Shown here in pieces: positions 11,593 to 20,811 of a DNA stretch of 64,000 nt (positions within the stretch are counted from its first letter, which is position 1; every line of letters starts with the position of its first letter). Source of the stretch: an uncultured Clostridium sp. GTDB lineage: Bacteria; Bacillota; Clostridia; TANB77; CAG-508. A program made the translations under genes and the position numbers. The DNA is taken from positions 13,383-77,382 of the forward strand of contig CAMNWO010000010.1 in the NCBI GenBank assembly GCA_946565805.1, read 5' to 3'. Below the pieces are notes generated by a model that saw only the letters and a list, made by a program, of their open reading frames with translations, searched no databases and was not told the DNA's origin.

Positions 11593-12181
11593 CTTTAACT
11601 ATGTAAACACCTTTTCTTTTAAATACTGTTAAAATTGTTTTTACTAATATTTTTAAGTCAAACAAAAATGTTACATTATTTATATAATATATATCATTTT
11701 TTATTCTTTCTTTCCATTCTATTGAATTTCTATAATAAGCCTGATTATATCCAGTTATTCCTGGCCTTATTTCCAACTTTTTCTTTTCTTCTTGTGTGTA
11801 TAATTTTATGTGCTCTGGTAAATCTGGTCTTGGGCCAATAAATGACATATCGCCTTTTAATATATTTAATATTTGTGGAATTTCATCGATACTAGTTTTT
11901 CTTAATATCCTTCCTATCTTTGTAACTCTTGGGTCATTTTCTCCATTATATGTAGAACCATCTTCATTTCTAATGTCCTTTGCATTCATTTTCATAGTTC
12001 TAAATTTATACATTTTGAATATTTTTCCATTTCTTCCTAGTCTTTCACCATTATAAAATATTCGTCCTTTGTCTTGTATATATATAATAGGTCCTATTAT
12101 AAGTATTAATAAGAAAAAGAATGGTATTAAAACAATAGACACTATAATATCTAAACATCTTTTTATATATTTTTTATACAT
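11552..12181 (-). CDS. Undecaprenyl-phosphate sugar phosphotransferase (small bacterial sugar transferase, PglC/WcfS type)
   Basis: Single N-terminal TM then KMYKFRTMKMNAKD...GPRPDLPEH (PF02397 signature). Confidence 0.85.
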   Translation of the reverse strand: MYKKYIKRCLDIIVSIVLIPFFFLLILIIGPIIYIQDKGRIFYNGERLGRNGKIFKMYKFRTMKMNAKDIRNEDGSTYNGENDPRVTKIGRILRKTSIDEIPQILNILKGDMSFIGPRPDLPEHIKLYTQEEKKKLEIRPGITGYNQAYYRNSIEWKERIKNDIYYINNVTFLFDLKILVKTILTVFKRKGVYIVKDEEKEKYAETTKL

Positions 12182-12182
12182 A

Positions 12183-13391
12183 CTAATCTTCCTTTATTAT
12201 ATTTTTTAAAATTTTACAAATATATTCCAAATCATCATCTGATAACAAAGTATGTAATGGCAATGTAATTTCATTTTGATACATTTCATATGAATTTGGA
12301 TAATCTTTAATATCAAATCCCATATTCTTATAAGCAGTCATCATTGGCAATGGTTTATAATGTACATTGGTTGGTATCCCTAAATCTGCTAATTTTTTAA
12401 TCAATTCATTTCTTTCTTGTTCATTTCTACCTAATAATCTAACTAAATATAAATGTCCACTCGATTGAATTTCATCTGTATAATGCTCTAATGTTTGAAT
12501 ATTACAATCTTTTAGTCCTTGGTTATACATTTGTATGATTTCTTTTCTTCTCTCTAATAATTTAGGATATCGAGACAATTGAGCTAATCCTATTGATGCC
12601 ATAATGTCAGTCATATTACATTTATATGCTGGCATTTTTATATCATATTCCCAACCATTTGATTGACTTTTAGATAAAGCATCCTTATTTTGTCCATGTA
12701 ATGACCATAGCATAAATTGATTATATACTTCCTCACTACTTACACCATCAATTTTTTTCCATGTTACTGCTCCACCTTCTGCTGTAGTTAAATTTTTCAC
12801 AGCATGAAATGAAAAGCTTGTAAAATCTGCAATTCTTCCTGTTTCAATCCCTTTATATTTAGCACCAAAAGAATGTGCTCCATCTGCTATAACGGTAATT
12901 CTACCAATTGCTTCTTGTAATTTACTATTAGCAACAAATTTTTCCTTGTTTTTATTTACAATATTATAAATTTTATCATAATTAGCTGGTATACCTGCTA
13001 AATCTACTGCTATGATTGCTTTTGTTTTTTCTGTAATATATTTATCTAAGTTATCATAATCCATTTCAAAATTATTTTTAGCACAATCAATAAAAACAAT
13101 CTTAGCTCCTACATGTTCTGTTACACTTGCTGAAGCAGTATATGTATAGGCTGGTACAATAACTTCGTCTCCAATTCCTATACCTAAAATTCTTAGTATC
13201 AATTCCAATCCTGCTGTAGCAGAATTCAAGCATACAGCTTTTTCTGTTTTACAAAATTCTGCAATTTTTTGTTCAAAAAGTTTTGTTTTTGGTCCTGTTG
13301 TAATCCATCCTGATTTCAAGGTATCAATCACTTCATCAATTTCTTCTTGTGTTATATCTGGTGGTGAAAATTTAATTGTTTTCATATTCAA
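12183..13391 (-). CDS. DegT/DnrJ/EryC1/StrS family PLP-dependent sugar 4-aminotransferase (PglE/WecE-like)
   Basis: 402 aa, ITQEEIDEVIDTLKSGWITTGPKTKLFEQKIAEF...SATAGLEL..., the classic DegT family N-terminus. Confidence 0.9.
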   Translation of the reverse strand: MNMKTIKFSPPDITQEEIDEVIDTLKSGWITTGPKTKLFEQKIAEFCKTEKAVCLNSATAGLELILRILGIGIGDEVIVPAYTYTASASVTEHVGAKIVFIDCAKNNFEMDYDNLDKYITEKTKAIIAVDLAGIPANYDKIYNIVNKNKEKFVANSKLQEAIGRITVIADGAHSFGAKYKGIETGRIADFTSFSFHAVKNLTTAEGGAVTWKKIDGVSSEEVYNQFMLWSLHGQNKDALSKSQSNGWEYDIKMPAYKCNMTDIMASIGLAQLSRYPKLLERRKEIIQMYNQGLKDCNIQTLEHYTDEIQSSGHLYLVRLLGRNEQERNELIKKLADLGIPTNVHYKPLPMMTAYKNMGFDIKDYPNSYEMYQNEITLPLHTLLSDDDLEYICKILKNIIKED

Positions 13392-13406
13392 TTCCTTCTT
13401 CCTTAA

Positions 13407-15269
13407 TTATGATTTTTTCTCTCGTTGATAAGTAGGTACAACCTCTTTCATAACTTTCTTAATTTCATCCTTTTGCGCATTCCTGCAATCATATACTAAT
13501 TTTTTCAATTCTACTAATTTATCTTCTACCATATTAATATTAATATCAATTGGCTTTGCCACATGAATTTTATCATGTTTTGTTTGTGTTAAACCTTCTT
13601 CTGCCATCAATAATTCTTCATATAACTTTTCACCTGGTCTTAAACCAGTCACTTTTATTTGAATATCCACATTTGGTTCTAACCCAGACAATTTTATTAA
13701 ATTAGTTGCCATATCATAAATTTTAACTGGTTCTCCCATATCTAATACAAAAACTTCTCCACCTTCAGCATAAGACATTGCTTGTAATACAAGAGATACT
13801 GCTTCTGGTATCGTCATAAAAAATCTAGTAATATCTTTATGAGTAACCGTTACTGGTCCACCATTCGCAATTTGTTTTTTAAATAGTGGCACAACTGAAC
13901 CATTGCTTCCTAACACATTTCCAAAACGAACTGCCGCATACTCTGTTTGGCTCACCTCATTTTTTGCTTGTATAATCATTTCACATAGACGTTTAGTAGC
14001 GCCCATAATATTGGTTGGGTTTACCGCTTTATCTGTTGAAATTAAAATAAATCTTTTTACTTGATATTCATCAGCACAATTTACAACATTGTAAGTTCCA
14101 AATACATTATTTTTAATTGCTTCCAATGGACTGGTTTCCATTAATGGTACATGTTTATGTGCTGCTGCATGAAATACTAAATATGGTTTAAACTCTTCAA
14201 ATATTTCATTTAATCTTTCTTTTTCTCTTACGTTTGCAACAATAGCATCAACTTCTATATCAGGATAATTTGCTTTTAATTCTTGTTCAATATCATATAA
14301 ATTATTCTCATAAATATCAAGAATAACTAATTTTTCTGGTCGATATCTTACTATTTGTCGACATAGTTCAGAACCAATGGAACCACCTCCACCAGTTACT
14401 AATACTACTTTATTTTCAATCAATTTTCCAATATTACTATTGTCTAACTTAATAGGATCCCTTCCTAATAAATCTTCTATTTCTACATCTCTAAAACTAT
14501 CGATTAGTCTCTTATCTTTAATTAATTCTGCTGTTCCTGGTAATATTCTAACTTTGCATCCTGTTTCTTGGCAGATTTTTAAAATATCTTTTCTCTCTTG
14601 ATTTTTTATATTAGAAATAGTAAATAAGATACTATCTACTTGATGTTCTTTACAAATTCTTGGGATATCATATCTTGTTCCTAGTATACGATTTCCAGAA
14701 ATGGCATAATTAACTTTATTGATATTGTCATCAATTAATCCTGCTACTTCATAAGTATCTTTCATCGTTGTTTTTAAGGTTCTTAATACTATTCTAGTTG
14801 CATCTCCTGCTCCTATGATTAATACTTTTTTCTTTTTATTTCCCACCTTTTCTTCTGGTGCTTTGTAACTTTCTGTTAATATCATTCGTAATGCAACACG
14901 ATATCCTATAATTGTTGTTACAATAATTAAAGCTGCAATCATATTAGTTCTTGGATCAACGATATCAAATTTACCCGTTATTTCTATTATGGTAATTCCT
15001 ATATAAGCAATTAAACAAGCTAATATATAGATTAAATAGTCATTTCCATTCTCATATCTTGTTATATTTTTATAGGTTTTAAAACTATGCAATAGTCCTG
15101 AATAAATAATAATCGCTATAATAATAGTATTTATAATGGTTTGATTTATCTCTTTCGTCATAACCAATGTGTTACTAATTATTATTTCTGCTATGTAATA
15201 AGCTACTATTATAGCTATAATATCTATAATTCTTAATATCACATTTCTATATTTTTTTACTATTTTCAC
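13407..15269 (-). CDS. Membrane-anchored UDP-GlcNAc 4,6-dehydratase (PglF/CapD/WbpM family)
   Basis: Four N-terminal TM helices, then two Rossmann domains, the second with VLVTGGGGSIGSELCRQI; 620 aa. Confidence 0.85.
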   Translation of the reverse strand: MKIVKKYRNVILRIIDIIAIIVAYYIAEIIISNTLVMTKEINQTIINTIIIAIIIYSGLLHSFKTYKNITRYENGNDYLIYILACLIAYIGITIIEITGKFDIVDPRTNMIAALIIVTTIIGYRVALRMILTESYKAPEEKVGNKKKKVLIIGAGDATRIVLRTLKTTMKDTYEVAGLIDDNINKVNYAISGNRILGTRYDIPRICKEHQVDSILFTISNIKNQERKDILKICQETGCKVRILPGTAELIKDKRLIDSFRDVEIEDLLGRDPIKLDNSNIGKLIENKVVLVTGGGGSIGSELCRQIVRYRPEKLVILDIYENNLYDIEQELKANYPDIEVDAIVANVREKERLNEIFEEFKPYLVFHAAAHKHVPLMETSPLEAIKNNVFGTYNVVNCADEYQVKRFILISTDKAVNPTNIMGATKRLCEMIIQAKNEVSQTEYAAVRFGNVLGSNGSVVPLFKKQIANGGPVTVTHKDITRFFMTIPEAVSLVLQAMSYAEGGEVFVLDMGEPVKIYDMATNLIKLSGLEPNVDIQIKVTGLRPGEKLYEELLMAEEGLTQTKHDKIHVAKPIDININMVEDKLVELKKLVYDCRNAQKDEIKKVMKEVVPTYQREKKS

Positions 15270-15429
15270 TTTCTTCTTTCTTCCCCTTTTTTAGACATTC
15301 CCATATTTAATTATATACTTTTATGTCGTTTTATGCAATCCTATTTCTAATTTTTTTTACATTTTAAGTGACAATATGTCGACATAAAAATAATAACCTT
15401 ACTTTTTTCACTGTAAGGTTATTATTTTT

Positions 15430-16410
15430 CTATTTACTATATCCTGTTTTTTCTATAATCTTATTACTGATTGTTTTGACTGTCTCTGATGGTTGGTAGT
15501 CATTTTCATCAAACATTTCATGATGTAATTTTGTTACATTTTTCTCTAGTGTTATTGGAACACCATACCATCTATCCATAGTTATTCCTTTTGTCTCATA
15601 TGGCCATCCTAAACTTTCTGTAATTTTAAAACTTGGTATGCTTGGAAACATACTAAATATGTCACTTGCTTTTAGGTTTGTATATACTTTTGGCAATAAG
15701 GTATCAACTAATTTGTTTAATCTACTAATATCAAATGTTTTTACTTTATTAGCAACAGCTGTTAAGACATCTCTCATTCTTTCTGTTCTTTTATAATCTC
15801 CCCCTGTTGCATATCGAATTCTAGCATAGGCTAAAGCTTGTTCTCCTGTAAGTTGATAAGTCCCTGCTTTGGTAATTCCTGGTATATGAGATACTTCTTC
15901 TGAAGTAATCGGCATACTAATACCACCTATACTATCAATAATTTCTTTTACAGCATCAAAGTTTACGGTTACGAATTCTTTAATATTTAAGTCTAAATTA
16001 GTATTTAAGGTAGCAATCGCTAATGGTGCCGAGCCATAAGAATAGGCATGTGTTATTTTGTCTAATCCATGTCCTTCTATTTGTACATAAGTATCTCTGT
16101 ATACAGATGCTAGTTTTACTTCTTTAGTCGTGTTATTAATGCTCGCTATAATAATGCAGTCACTCCTATTACCTCTTTCATAAGTATTTTCTCTTGAGTC
16201 AATCCCAAAAATAGCTATATTTCTGTAATTAGACAAATTAGCTTCTGCTTGTGTAGATACCATTAGTTCGTCTTCATCTATATCAACTTGTTGTAATTTA
16301 CTTAGTTTTGTATGAATAACCCAAAATGTTCCTCCTATAATTGCTACTAAAATAATTACTAGTATCAATACTATTGTTCCAAAAATTTTTAATCCTTTTT
16401 TCTTTTTCAT
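15430..16410 (-). CDS. LytR-CpsA-Psr (LCP) family glycopolymer-to-peptidoglycan ligase
   Basis: N-terminal TM, IFGIDSRENTYERGNRSDCIIIASIN...ASVYRDTYVQIEGHG (LCP core). Confidence 0.85.
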   Translation of the reverse strand: MKKKKGLKIFGTIVLILVIILVAIIGGTFWVIHTKLSKLQQVDIDEDELMVSTQAEANLSNYRNIAIFGIDSRENTYERGNRSDCIIIASINNTTKEVKLASVYRDTYVQIEGHGLDKITHAYSYGSAPLAIATLNTNLDLNIKEFVTVNFDAVKEIIDSIGGISMPITSEEVSHIPGITKAGTYQLTGEQALAYARIRYATGGDYKRTERMRDVLTAVANKVKTFDISRLNKLVDTLLPKVYTNLKASDIFSMFPSIPSFKITESLGWPYETKGITMDRWYGVPITLEKNVTKLHHEMFDENDYQPSETVKTISNKIIEKTGYSK

Positions 16411-16462
16411 TTTTCTCTCCTATATTGTTATAATTTGCCTATGCTTTTTAATGCTTTGGCTT

Positions 16463-16957
16463 TTATCTTACCATTTTAGTTTTCCATTCTAATTCCGCAA
16501 TTTCATATTCAAACTTTTTATGATCTACCTCATTTTTTTGTAAGTATTTATCTAATTTTTCATTTGTTTGTTTTAGTTGTTTTGAAAATTCTGTTTGTTG
16601 GTTAATTAAAATTGTCATATTCGTAGTTCCATATCTATGAAGCTCTTTTTTCATCTCATGAACTTCATCTACTAATGGTTCTAACTTGTCTACTTTTGCT
16701 TCTAAGCTATCTACTTTTCCTACTAGTGGTTCCAGCTTGCTTACTTTTGCTTTTAGTTTACTAACTTCTCCTACTAGTGGTTCTAACTTGTCTACTTTTG
16801 CTTTTAGTTCACTAACTTCTCCTATTAGTGGTTCTAACCTATTTACTTTTGTCTTTAGTTCACTAACTTCTCCTACTAGCGGTTGTAACTTATTTACTTT
16901 TGTTTCTATGTTATCTACTAAAGGTTTCAAATTTTGCCATAATTCTTCTATTGTCAT
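16463..16957 (-). CDS. Coiled-coil protein built from five tandem 17-aa repeats (KV.KLEPLVGEVSELKA)
   Basis: Repeats are encoded by 51-bp tandem DNA repeats; no catalytic motif. Confidence 0.5.
   Translation of the reverse strand: MTIEELWQNLKPLVDNIETKVNKLQPLVGEVSELKTKVNRLEPLIGEVSELKAKVDKLEPLVGEVSKLKAKVSKLEPLVGKVDSLEAKVDKLEPLVDEVHEMKKELHRYGTTNMTILINQQTEFSKQLKQTNEKLDKYLQKNEVDHKKFEYEIAELEWKTKMVR
16679..16935. repeat. 51-bp tandem repeat x5 (ctaacttgtctacttttgcttttagttcactaacttctcctactagtggtt-like)
   Basis: Direct reading of near-identical 51-mers in series inside the 16463..16957 CDS. Confidence 0.8.
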
Positions 16958-17092
16958 AAGCTATATCTCTCCTTTCTTTTGATTTTTTTATATCTCTTTG
17001 TTTATTATCAATAAAATTATGAAATAAAATAACTTTTGATATAAAAATTGTTTTGAATGAAACTATCTATTAGAATAAAATTTTATCTATTA

Positions 17093-17143
17093 AAAAGCAT
17101 AGATAAATTATGTTTGTATTTTAACATATTTATCTATGCTTTT
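17093..17143 (-). terminator. Rho-independent terminator of argS (16-bp stem aaaagcatagataaat / atttatctatgctttt)
   Basis: Perfect hairpin followed by T-run on the minus strand just 3' of argS. Confidence 0.6.
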
Positions 17144-17154
17144 CAAGTAATTTA

Positions 17155-18864
17155 TTACATTTTATTAGGCATGTCTATTCCTAATAAACCTGCTCCTGTT
17201 TTAAGAATTTTACCTACACTATAAGTCAAATAAACTCTAGCATCTTGCACTTCTTTTTCCTCTGTAATAATTTTATTTTCATTGTAAAAACTGCTAAATG
17301 CTTTTGCTAAATCAATCAAATATCTTGACAAAATAGATGGTTCATCTTTTATTGTTACTTGTGTTAAAATGTCTCCAAATGAATAGATTAATTTAATAAT
17401 ACTTTGTGAATACTCGTCTAATAATTTTTCTTCTTTTATGTCTTCTATATTTGGTAAGTATCCTACTTTTTCTAAAACACTTTTTGTCCTTACATAGGTA
17501 TATTGTACATAAGGACCTGTTTCACCTTGAAAGTTTAAAATTTGGTTCCAATCAAAAATCTCATCTTTAATCCTACTATTGGCTAAATCATTAAAAATAA
17601 CAGCTCCAATCCCTACTTTTTTAGCCACCTCTTTTTTATTTTCTAAATCTGGATTTTTCTCTTCTATAATTTTTTCTGCTCTTTGGATTGCTTCTTGTAA
17701 TAACTCTTCTAGTTTGATAATATTTCCTTCTCTTGTTGACATTTTTCCAGTTGGTAGCAATACCATTCCAAATGGAATATGGGTTAATCCCTTTGTATAT
17801 TTTTCTTCTATTCCTAATAATTTTGCCACTTCAAATACTTGTTTAAAGTGTAATACTTGTTCATATGATGTTAAATATAATGCTTTGTCAAAATCATAGG
17901 TTCTTGTTCTATATAAAATAGCTGCTAAGTCTCTGGTTGCATAAGTAGTGGAACCATTTGATTTTTCTATGATGCATGGTGTATTAATTCCTTGTTCTTC
18001 TAAGTCTATAATTCTTGCTCCTTGAGATTCTATTATTTTTCCTGTTTTTTCTAGTATTTCTATTACTTCTGCCATTTTATCCGAATAAAAAGCTTCTCCA
18101 TTCCAAGAATCAAATTTACTACCTAATAAATCATATACTTTTTGAAATTCTTTTAGACTTAGTGTTTTAAATTTCTTCCATATTCCAGTACAGTATTCGT
18201 CACCATCTTCTAATCTTTTAAAGTTATCTCTGCATCTTTCTAATACAGTTTCGTCTTCTTTACAAGCTTGATTAATACGGATATAAATTTTTGTTAATTC
18301 ATTAATAGGGTCTTCTTCAATATGATACTCTTCTCCCCATAGTTTATAACCTTCAATCAATTTTCCAAATTGTGTTCCATAATCACCCAAATGATTTATA
18401 CCAATAGTGTTGTATCCCAAAAATTGATAGATATTATATAAAGCTCCTCCTATTACAGTAGAGCGCAAATGTCCAATATGGAAAGGTTTTGCTATGTTAG
18501 GTGATGAATAATCAATTACAATGTTTTTCCCTTCTCCTTGTTTTGATTTTCCGTATTCATCGTTTTGAGCTATTTCTGTTAACACTTCTTTGGTTAGTAA
18601 TGGTTTATTAAGATAAAAGTTTAGATATCCTCCTAATACTTCCACTTTTTCTATTTTATTAGTATCTATTTCTATTTTTTCTTTTATTTCGTTTGCTATT
18701 TGTGGTGGTGCTTTTCTTAACTCTTTAGCAAGACGAAAGCATGGAAAAGCATAGTCTCCATTTTTTACGTCTTTCGGTGTTTCGATATATGTTTCTAATT
18801 CTTTTTCATCTAGGTTAATTGCTTGCCCTATTTGTTTTGCAATTTCTTGTTTGAAATTTATCAT
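17155..18864 (-). CDS. argS: Arginine--tRNA ligase
   Basis: 569 aa, class I HIGH (PNIAKPFHIGHLRS) and GKMSTREGN KMSKS-like motif; typical ArgRS length. Confidence 0.95.
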   Translation of the reverse strand: MINFKQEIAKQIGQAINLDEKELETYIETPKDVKNGDYAFPCFRLAKELRKAPPQIANEIKEKIEIDTNKIEKVEVLGGYLNFYLNKPLLTKEVLTEIAQNDEYGKSKQGEGKNIVIDYSSPNIAKPFHIGHLRSTVIGGALYNIYQFLGYNTIGINHLGDYGTQFGKLIEGYKLWGEEYHIEEDPINELTKIYIRINQACKEDETVLERCRDNFKRLEDGDEYCTGIWKKFKTLSLKEFQKVYDLLGSKFDSWNGEAFYSDKMAEVIEILEKTGKIIESQGARIIDLEEQGINTPCIIEKSNGSTTYATRDLAAILYRTRTYDFDKALYLTSYEQVLHFKQVFEVAKLLGIEEKYTKGLTHIPFGMVLLPTGKMSTREGNIIKLEELLQEAIQRAEKIIEEKNPDLENKKEVAKKVGIGAVIFNDLANSRIKDEIFDWNQILNFQGETGPYVQYTYVRTKSVLEKVGYLPNIEDIKEEKLLDEYSQSIIKLIYSFGDILTQVTIKDEPSILSRYLIDLAKAFSSFYNENKIITEEKEVQDARVYLTYSVGKILKTGAGLLGIDMPNKM

Positions 18865-18885
18865 CTTTTTCTCCTTTTTGATTAT

Positions 18886-19308
18886 TTATTCGTTTAACAT
18901 TTGTCTAGCAAATTCTGTTAAATCCTTTAAATGATTTTCGATTACATCTTGTAGTATTTCTTCATCTACTTCTCGATAAGCATGTACTGCAATATTTCTA
19001 AAACCTATCATGCCTTTCATGTTTTTTAATGTTTCTTCGTTTATCAATTGATTTTGGTATAAAATTTCAAATGCTTCACTATTGGAATGTGGCATTCCAA
19101 GTGCTTTCGTTGAAACAACATAAGTGGCTATATCCATTACTGCCTGACAAGCTCTTTGCAAGTTTAAAACAATAGCATCATTTCTTCTGTAATTTTCTAA
19201 ATTAGATGGAGTCCCTTCATATTCTTCGTTTATTCTATTGATACATTTTTCTATTGTCTCATATTTATTTAGTATCACTAATTTATTTTCCATATATTTT
19301 GCCTCCAT
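18886..19308 (-). CDS. hepT: HepT-family HEPN toxin (nucleotidyltransferase substrate-binding protein, DUF86)
   Basis: HEPN Rx4-6H motif (FRNIAVHAY) near C-terminus, 140 aa, overlaps mntA by 26 nt. Confidence 0.75.
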   Translation of the reverse strand: MEAKYMENKLVILNKYETIEKCINRINEEYEGTPSNLENYRRNDAIVLNLQRACQAVMDIATYVVSTKALGMPHSNSEAFEILYQNQLINEETLKNMKGMIGFRNIAVHAYREVDEEILQDVIENHLKDLTEFARQMLNE

Positions 19309-19684
19309 TTTTTATTCTTTCTATAATAATTTGCCTACTTTCATTTAGATCAAAGTATTCTTGACACATATCTAATTTATACAATTCAAATCTTAGTTGG
19401 TTTTCACAATATAAAATTTTTCCATTCATCAATATTTCATATCTAAAATCATCATTTATAGTATCTAAATTGATTAAGTCTACCTCTTTTTTGGTTATTT
19501 CTTCTAATCCTAATCTAACGTCAAATATTTCTTTTTTACTTATTTTTTTTACACTTTTTATAGCAATATCAATGTCACTTCCTGCATTTTGTGTTCCTCT
19601 TGCGTAACTGCCGAATAATAGGATAGCTTCACAATCTACTTTTTCTAAAATTGCTTCTTTTATTATTTTTAGTTTTTCCTCCAT
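19283..19684 (-). CDS. mntA: MntA-type minimal nucleotidyltransferase antitoxin
   Basis: LFGSYARGTQNAGSDIDIAI = GSx9-13DxD nucleotidyltransferase motif; 133 aa; sits upstream of hepT. Confidence 0.8.
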   Translation of the reverse strand: MEEKLKIIKEAILEKVDCEAILLFGSYARGTQNAGSDIDIAIKSVKKISKKEIFDVRLGLEEITKKEVDLINLDTINDDFRYEILMNGKILYCENQLRFELYKLDMCQEYFDLNESRQIIIERIKNGGKIYGK

Positions 19685-19776
19685 AAAACTTCCTCCATTC
19701 GCATGATTGCTATTTGCCTTCTATTATATTATTTTAAAGCTAAAAAGTCAACAAAAAGTACGGATTTAAGACCGTC

Positions 19777-20784
19777 CTAATCCGTACTTTTTTCTATATA
19801 ATTCCAAGAATCTTGGCACATATCTTCTAAACTCTTAGTTGTTTCCCAATCCAACTCTTCTTTGGCTTTTTGTGGATCTGCATAACAAGTTGCTATGTCT
19901 CCTGCTCTTCTTGGCGCAATTTTATAAGCCACTTTTTTTCCTGTTGCTTTTTCAAATGCTTTTACCATGTCTAATACACTATATCCTGTTCCTGTTCCTA
20001 AGTTGTAAATGTATAATCCTTTTTCTTCTTTGTCTATTTTATCTAATGCTTTTAAATGTCCTTTTGCTAAGTCTACTACATGAATATAATCTCTTACTCC
20101 TGTTCCATCTGGTGTATTATAGTCATCTCCAAATACAGATAATTCTTTTAATTGTCCATTTGCTACACGAACGATATAAGGCATTAAATTGTTTGGAATT
20201 CCTTGTGGCTCTTCTCCAATTAGTCCGCTTTTATGAGCTCCAACTGGATTAAAATATCTTAAGATACAGATATCCCATTCGTTATCTGATGCATAAATAT
20301 CTTTTAAAATTTGTTCAATAAACAATTTGGTTGTACCATATGGATTCGTTGTTCCTCCTGTTTTACAATCTTCTGTTAGTGGAATTCTTTCTGGTTCTCC
20401 ATATACCGTTGCTGATGAACTAAAAATGAATTTTTTACATCCATATTTTCTCATGGTATCCAATAATACTAAGGCTCCTGAGATATTGTTGGTATAATAT
20501 TCAATTGGTTTTTGTACAGATTCTCCTACTGCTTTGTATCCTGCAAAATTGATAACAGCCTCTATTTTGTTCTCTTCAAACACTTTTTCTAATTTTTCTT
20601 TGTCCATGTAATCCATTTCATAGAATTTAAAATCTTTTCCTGTTATTTCTTTTATTGCTTCTAATACTTTTGGATTACTATTTGAAAAATTGTCTATGAT
20701 TACAATTTCTTTTCCTTCTTCTAATAATTCGATTGCTGTGTGACTACCAATGTAGCCTGCACCTCCTGGTAATAAAATTGCCAT
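19777..20784 (-). CDS. galE: UDP-glucose 4-epimerase
   Basis: [10 protein letters not shown] Rossmann N-terminus, ...[21 protein letters not shown]..., 335 aa. Confidence 0.9.
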   Translation of the reverse strand: MAILLPGGAGYIGSHTAIELLEEGKEIVIIDNFSNSNPKVLEAIKEITGKDFKFYEMDYMDKEKLEKVFEENKIEAVINFAGYKAVGESVQKPIEYYTNNISGALVLLDTMRKYGCKKFIFSSSATVYGEPERIPLTEDCKTGGTTNPYGTTKLFIEQILKDIYASDNEWDICILRYFNPVGAHKSGLIGEEPQGIPNNLMPYIVRVANGQLKELSVFGDDYNTPDGTGVRDYIHVVDLAKGHLKALDKIDKEEKGLYIYNLGTGTGYSVLDMVKAFEKATGKKVAYKIAPRRAGDIATCYADPQKAKEELDWETTKSLEDMCQDSWNYIEKSTD

Positions 20785-20811
20785 TTTTCTTTCACCTTTC
20801 CTTTGTTTTTA

